In this document: positions 59,848 to 64,000 of the stretch, piece after piece | Layout of the letters: every line of letters starts with the position of its first letter | Position numbering within the stretch: position 1 is the stretch's first letter | Source of the DNA: Candidatus Marisimplicoccus framensis | GTDB taxonomy: Bacteria > Bacteroidota > Bacteroidia > Flavobacteriales > Flavobacteriaceae | Reading direction: 5' to 3' | Assembly: GCA_905182065.1 (NCBI GenBank) | Contig: CAJIZN010000002.1 | Location: 7,175-71,174 of the forward strand | DNA: 64,000 bases | Notes under the pieces: generated by a model | The model's database searches: none | Told to the model about the DNA's origin: nothing | The model's input: the letters and a program-made list of their open reading frames with translations, nothing else | Program-made: the position numbers and the translations under genes

Positions 59848-60270
59848 ATGTTTAATACAAATAAAATATTTCTATTACTAATCTTAATGTTTTTTACATC
59901 AAACATTACTATTGGTCAAGAAAATCAAAAAATTACATATAAGAAAGGGTATTCATCAGAGTTAGTAGAATCTTTTTCATCTTTTCAAAAAGATTTACTT
60001 AAGAGAGAAATGATATTATGGACTAGACATCATGAAGTTATAAAAAAATCACTTTCTGAATCTCAAAAAAAGATTATTAAAGACAGTTCATTAAGCCGAA
60101 GAGATGCTCGTCAAAAGATTATTCTTTCATTGGATGATACTCAAAAAAAAATGCTCAAAAAATTTGAACAAAGAATTGATACTATTCGATTAAAATTTTA
60201 TAAATCATTAACAGAAAATCAAAAAAAAATGATTAGAAAAAAAAGGAGAAAATCTAAAAAAAATGATTAG
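59848..60270 (+). CDS. secreted LTXXQ-motif protein (Spy/CpxP-like periplasmic family)
   Basis: ATG at 59848 gives the signal peptide MFNTNKIFLLLILMFFTSNITIGQ. There are three L[STD]xxQKK[IM] repeats (LSESQKKII, LDDTQKKML, LTENQKKMI) and a basic tail. Confidence 0.65.
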   Translation: MFNTNKIFLLLILMFFTSNITIGQENQKITYKKGYSSELVESFSSFQKDLLKREMILWTRHHEVIKKSLSESQKKIIKDSSLSRRDARQKIILSLDDTQKKMLKKFEQRIDTIRLKFYKSLTENQKKMIRKKRRKSKKND

Positions 60271-60340
60271 ATTTTTTAACAAATCCTTGTGTTTTTCTTC
60301 AGTTTTTTAAAAATATATTTGCCCAACCAAACTACTAAAA

Positions 60341-62845
60341 ATGAACAGAATTTACTTATTTATCTTATTAACTTTTACTTCCTACACATTTTCACAAGAA
60401 TATACTGCTGAGCAACGTGCAAATTTTGCTAAGATGATTTTCAATGTTTCAGGAATTGTGACTGATTCTGAAACCTCTGAACCACTTGAGTATGCTACTA
60501 TATCATTAAAGCATAAAAGAATTCCAGATAAAATTTTTGGTGGAATAACCGATGAAAACGGTAAGTTCTCAGTGGAAGTAAACCCAGGAATGTACAACAT
60601 AAAAATTGACTACATATCGTTTGAATCATATGTGGATGATAACTTAAGAGTTATAGAAAATACAGATATTGGAAATATAGCTTTGAATCTTGATGTATCA
60701 ATGCTTGATGAAGTTGAAGTTAGAGCAGAAAGGACTCAGGTTGAAGTTAGATTAGATAAAAAAATATATAATGTAGGACAAGATATAACAGTAAGAGGTG
60801 GAAACGTCTCAGATGTGCTAGCTAATATTCCGTCTATAGAGGTAGACTTTGATGGAAATGTATCCTTAAGAGGAAATAGTAACGTTAAAATTTTAATTAA
60901 TGGTAAACCTTCAGGGCTAGTAGGACTAGCAGGACCTCAAGGTCTTCGATCCATTCCTTCAGAATCTATTGAGAAAGTTGAAGTAGTTACTTCACCTTCT
61001 GCTAGATATTCTGCAGAAGGAACAGCTGGAATACTAAATATTATTCTAAAGAAACAAGATTTATTAGGGTTTAACGGTAATGTTAATTTAAATGCTGGTG
61101 ATCCAAAGAGCTCTGGTATTTCAGGTACATTTAATTTAAGAAACAACAAAATAAATATATTTAATACTACATCTTTTAAAGATGGTGATAACAATAGTAA
61201 TTTTTTTGGTAATACTGAGTATTTCAATAGTAACTTAAAAATAGATAATCAAACTAAGAGTAATCGAAATTCAAAAAATAACTTCCTAAATTTAGGTGTT
61301 GAATATTATTTTGATGATAAAACTTCTTTGACCTTAAGCGGTTTTTATAGAAAGGGTGATCAATTAAGTTATTCTAGAAACGTTGTTAACGATATAACAA
61401 ACATAGATATTGTATCATCTAATGAAAGAATAGCTAACGATAAAGAATTAGAGGAATCTTTTGAATATGCTCTTGATTTTTACAAAGACTTTGATAAGGA
61501 TGGGCACACTCTAAGTGCTAGAATATCATATGAAGAAGATGATGAAAACTCAGTTGACAACATAGAAGACTTTTCAACTATCCCATTTGTTTCTTCATCA
61601 GCATTTGAGAGAACTACTAATATTGATTTTCAAAATAGGTTACTCGCTCAAATAGATTATGTATACCCTATTGATGAGAATACTGAATTTGAACTTGGAT
61701 ATAGAGGTAGATTTCTTGATAGGGAAACTGATTTTGATGTTTCATTCCTAAGAGGTGGTTTGTACCAATCAGACTCAGGTCTATCTAATATTTTTAAGTA
61801 TAGTGAGAATATTAATTCTTTTTACACACAATTTGGTAAAAAATTTAACTCTCTTTCTGTATTATTAGGTCTTAGATATGAAGATTCTAAGCAAGAAATT
61901 GATCAAAGAACTACAAATCAATTTGAAGTAAAAAAATACTCTGACTTATTTCCAACTGTTAATATCGCATATCAATTTTCAGATTTAGAGTCCTTAACTT
62001 TAGGATATAGCAAAAGAGTTAGAAGACCTAGGGGATGGGATATTAATCCTTTTCCAAGAAGAAACTCAATAACTTCTTACAGAAGAGGTAATCCATTTTT
62101 AGATCCAACTTTTACTTCCGCATATGAAGTTGATTATTTAAAAAGATTCAAAAAAATTACAATTAACACAGCTTTATTTTATAGACAATCAGATGGTAAT
62201 GTTGAGAGAATTCAGCAAGAGACTGGAGATTTAGTCAATTTAATTGTAGAGTCAGGATCTAATAATCCTGTTTTACAGGTTCCTGTGCTTGAGTATTATC
62301 CAATAAATTTATCAACTAACAAGAGAATTGGTTCTGAATTAAGTATAACATATACCCCATCTAGATCTGTTAGAATTAATGGTAGTTTTACATTAAATTC
62401 AACCAAAATTAGAGGTGCCTACAATAACCAAAGCTTTGATTCAGATGATACTAACTGGAGTGCTAGATTTAATGGATTCATTAGACTTCCAAAAGATTAT
62501 AGTCTACAGTTTTTTGGATTCCTGAGGGGTCCTAGCGAAAATGCATTCTCTAAAAGAAAAGCGTTTGGGTTTACTACTGCCTCAATTCAAAAGAGTATTC
62601 TTGATAAGAAAGGAAATATCTCACTTAGATATTCTGACATATTTAATACTGGTAGATGGAGGTCAATAACTACAAGAGATACATTTAGATCTGAGTCTGA
62701 AGGACAATGGAGAGAACCTTCTTGGGTATTAACTTTTTCATATAGAATAAACGAAAATCAATCTAAAAGAAAGCAAAGAGCGAGAAATAATCAACAAGAC
62801 TTTAGTGATGATGGTGGTGGAGATGAAGGACCTATATTCAATTAA
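60341..62845 (+). CDS. outer membrane beta-barrel protein with carboxypeptidase-regulatory-like N-domain and TonB-dependent-receptor-like plug
   Basis: Signal peptide, then VSGIVTDSETSEPLEYATISL (CarbopepD_reg-like). A plug-like segment follows (GGNVSDVLANIPSIEVDFDGNVSLRGNSNVKILINGKPSG), then a long alternating-pattern barrel. A TATATTTG box at 60314-60321 lies 19 nt upstream of the ATG. Confidence 0.8.
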   Translation: MNRIYLFILLTFTSYTFSQEYTAEQRANFAKMIFNVSGIVTDSETSEPLEYATISLKHKRIPDKIFGGITDENGKFSVEVNPGMYNIKIDYISFESYVDDNLRVIENTDIGNIALNLDVSMLDEVEVRAERTQVEVRLDKKIYNVGQDITVRGGNVSDVLANIPSIEVDFDGNVSLRGNSNVKILINGKPSGLVGLAGPQGLRSIPSESIEKVEVVTSPSARYSAEGTAGILNIILKKQDLLGFNGNVNLNAGDPKSSGISGTFNLRNNKINIFNTTSFKDGDNNSNFFGNTEYFNSNLKIDNQTKSNRNSKNNFLNLGVEYYFDDKTSLTLSGFYRKGDQLSYSRNVVNDITNIDIVSSNERIANDKELEESFEYALDFYKDFDKDGHTLSARISYEEDDENSVDNIEDFSTIPFVSSSAFERTTNIDFQNRLLAQIDYVYPIDENTEFELGYRGRFLDRETDFDVSFLRGGLYQSDSGLSNIFKYSENINSFYTQFGKKFNSLSVLLGLRYEDSKQEIDQRTTNQFEVKKYSDLFPTVNIAYQFSDLESLTLGYSKRVRRPRGWDINPFPRRNSITSYRRGNPFLDPTFTSAYEVDYLKRFKKITINTALFYRQSDGNVERIQQETGDLVNLIVESGSNNPVLQVPVLEYYPINLSTNKRIGSELSITYTPSRSVRINGSFTLNSTKIRGAYNNQSFDSDDTNWSARFNGFIRLPKDYSLQFFGFLRGPSENAFSKRKAFGFTTASIQKSILDKKGNISLRYSDIFNTGRWRSITTRDTFRSESEGQWREPSWVLTFSYRINENQSKRKQRARNNQQDFSDDGGGDEGPIFN

Positions 62846-63000
62846 GATTTTAACTTTTTAGTAATAAAATCTTTAATTTTCCTAAACACATAAGATGAAG
62901 CCCAATATGGTGCTACAATAGCTAAAAAAATCATAAGCCAAAAGCCCATAGTGAAAACAGCTAAAAATGCTAAAAAACCTAGGTATTGTTCAAACTCCAT
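62842..63000 (-). CDS. possible 52-aa hydrophobic small protein (not in the ORF track)
   Basis: Hand translation: MEFEQYLGFLAFLAVFTMGFWLMIFLAIVAPYWASSYVFRKIKDFITKKLKS. This gives two hydrophobic helices and a basic tail. The stop overlaps the convergent barrel-protein stop. There is no homology evidence. Confidence 0.3.
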   Translation of the reverse strand: MEFEQYLGFLAFLAVFTMGFWLMIFLAIVAPYWASSYVFRKIKDFITKKLKS

Positions 63001-63053
63001 ATATTTGTAATTGCTTTACAAAAGTAAATTTTTTTAAGTAAATTACAAAGACG

Positions 63054-64000
63054 ATGGACTATAGAATTGAAAAAGATACATTAGGAGAAGTTAAAGTCCC
63101 TAAAGACTCATTATGGGGAGCTCAAACAGAAAGATCAAGGAAGAATTTTAAAATAGGTAATTCATCTTCAATGCCTATTGAAATTATTCATGCGTATGCA
63201 ATACTCAAAAAATCTGCTGCACAAACAAATGAAGATCTTGGAGTGTTATCCAAAGATAAATCTCAACTAATACAAAAAGTTTGTGATGAAATACTTGAAA
63301 ATAAACATAATGATCAGTTTCCTTTAGTTATATGGCAAACTGGATCAGGTACTCAAACAAATATGAATATAAATGAGGTTATTTCTAATAGAGCTCATTT
63401 ATTAGAAGGTAAGACACTTGGTGAATCTGATAAAACATTATCACCTAACGATGATGTTAATTTATCTCAGTCCTCAAATGATACATTCCCAACAGCGATT
63501 AATATTGCTGCAATGAAAATAATTACAAAAAATACTCTTGTAAATCTTAGAAAATTAAAAGATAGCTTAAATAAAAAATCTAAAGAATTTAATAAAATTG
63601 TTAAAATTGGAAGGACTCATTTAATGGATGCAACTCCAATTACTCTTGGTCAAGAGTTCTCCGGTTATGTTTCACAAGTTGATCATGGTATTAACACAAT
63701 TGAGAATGCAATACATCATTTAAGTGAACTTCCCATTGGAGGAACTGCAGTTGGTACAGGATTAAACACACCTAAAGGGTACTCATCAAAAATTGTTGAA
63801 TATATCTCTAAAAACTCAGAAATGTCTTTTAAAGAATCTTTAAACAAATTTGAAGGTATTGCATCCCATGATTGTATAGTCGAGATGCATGGGGCTCTTA
63901 AGACTGTTGCAGCTTCAGTTTATAAAATATCAAATGACATAAGATTAATGGGATCTGGACCTAGATCAGGATTAGGTGAATTAATACTTCCAGCGAATGA
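63054..64000 (+). CDS. fumC: class II fumarate hydratase (N-terminal about 315 codons; runs off the right edge)
   Basis: [28 protein letters not shown]...[19 protein letters not shown]...SSNDTFPTA...[26 protein letters not shown] box at 63000-63007 lies 46 nt upstream. Confidence 0.93.
   Translation, partial: MDYRIEKDTLGEVKVPKDSLWGAQTERSRKNFKIGNSSSMPIEIIHAYAILKKSAAQTNEDLGVLSKDKSQLIQKVCDEILENKHNDQFPLVIWQTGSGTQTNMNINEVISNRAHLLEGKTLGESDKTLSPNDDVNLSQSSNDTFPTAINIAAMKIITKNTLVNLRKLKDSLNKKSKEFNKIVKIGRTHLMDATPITLGQEFSGYVSQVDHGINTIENAIHHLSELPIGGTAVGTGLNTPKGYSSKIVEYISKNSEMSFKESLNKFEGIASHDCIVEMHGALKTVAASVYKISNDIRLMGSGPRSGLGELILPAN

Noticed and set aside
62844-62873. Hairpin AAGATTTTA-N12-TAAAATCTT as a terminator of the barrel-protein gene
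   Set aside because: The stem has only one G-C pair, the loop is 12 nt and the T-tract is interrupted. It is too weak to annotate and is mentioned only as a caveat for the small ORF.

Overview
Strongly AT-rich (about 30% G+C by eye, not computed), very compact bacterial chromosome segment that looks Flavobacteriia/Bacteroidota-like. Support for that: bamD-rpoZ-coaBC-recN synteny, TAnnTTTG-type promoter boxes, little Shine-Dalgarno signal, and an S1 protein with a lysine-rich tail. Content is almost entirely core housekeeping: gyrA, clpC, thrABC, pepP, gcvT, yebC, kdsB, rsmD, dnaX, ppx-ppk-sixA, pdxH, pyrB-pyrR, rpsA, cmk, lon, msrB, lpdA, aroQ, xerD, a two-component pair, coaE, fabI, recN, coaBC, rpoZ, bamD, ligA, prmC, ribD, dnaA, mltG, htrA, trmD, rplS, icd, murQ, thrS-infC-rpmI-rplT, an ECF sigma module, a large outer-membrane barrel protein and fumC. 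RNA genes are tRNA-Arg(TCT), tRNA-Ser(GCT) and an RNase P RNA missed by the ORF track (18195-18475, minus strand). I found no mobile element, CRISPR array, defence island or convincing novel multi-gene system. The most notable points are as follows. (1) There are 14 frame disruptions in core and essential genes. Five break at homopolymer runs of 3 nt or longer and several others fit dinucleotide miscalls, so these are most likely sequencing indels rather than pseudogenes. (2) One of these sits in an A11 tract exactly at the gamma/tau junction of dnaX. (3) The RNase P RNA is short (about 281 nt) and overlaps the rsmD stop codon. (4) A perfect 3 x 45 bp tandem repeat lies in the rpsA tail. (5) rpsA and dnaX have promoter geometry implying near-leaderless mRNAs. 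(6) A coding-strand switch around dnaA suggests a nearby origin. (7) infC starts on a non-AUG codon. (8) There is an ECF sigma / membrane protein / LTXXQ protein / outer-membrane barrel cluster.
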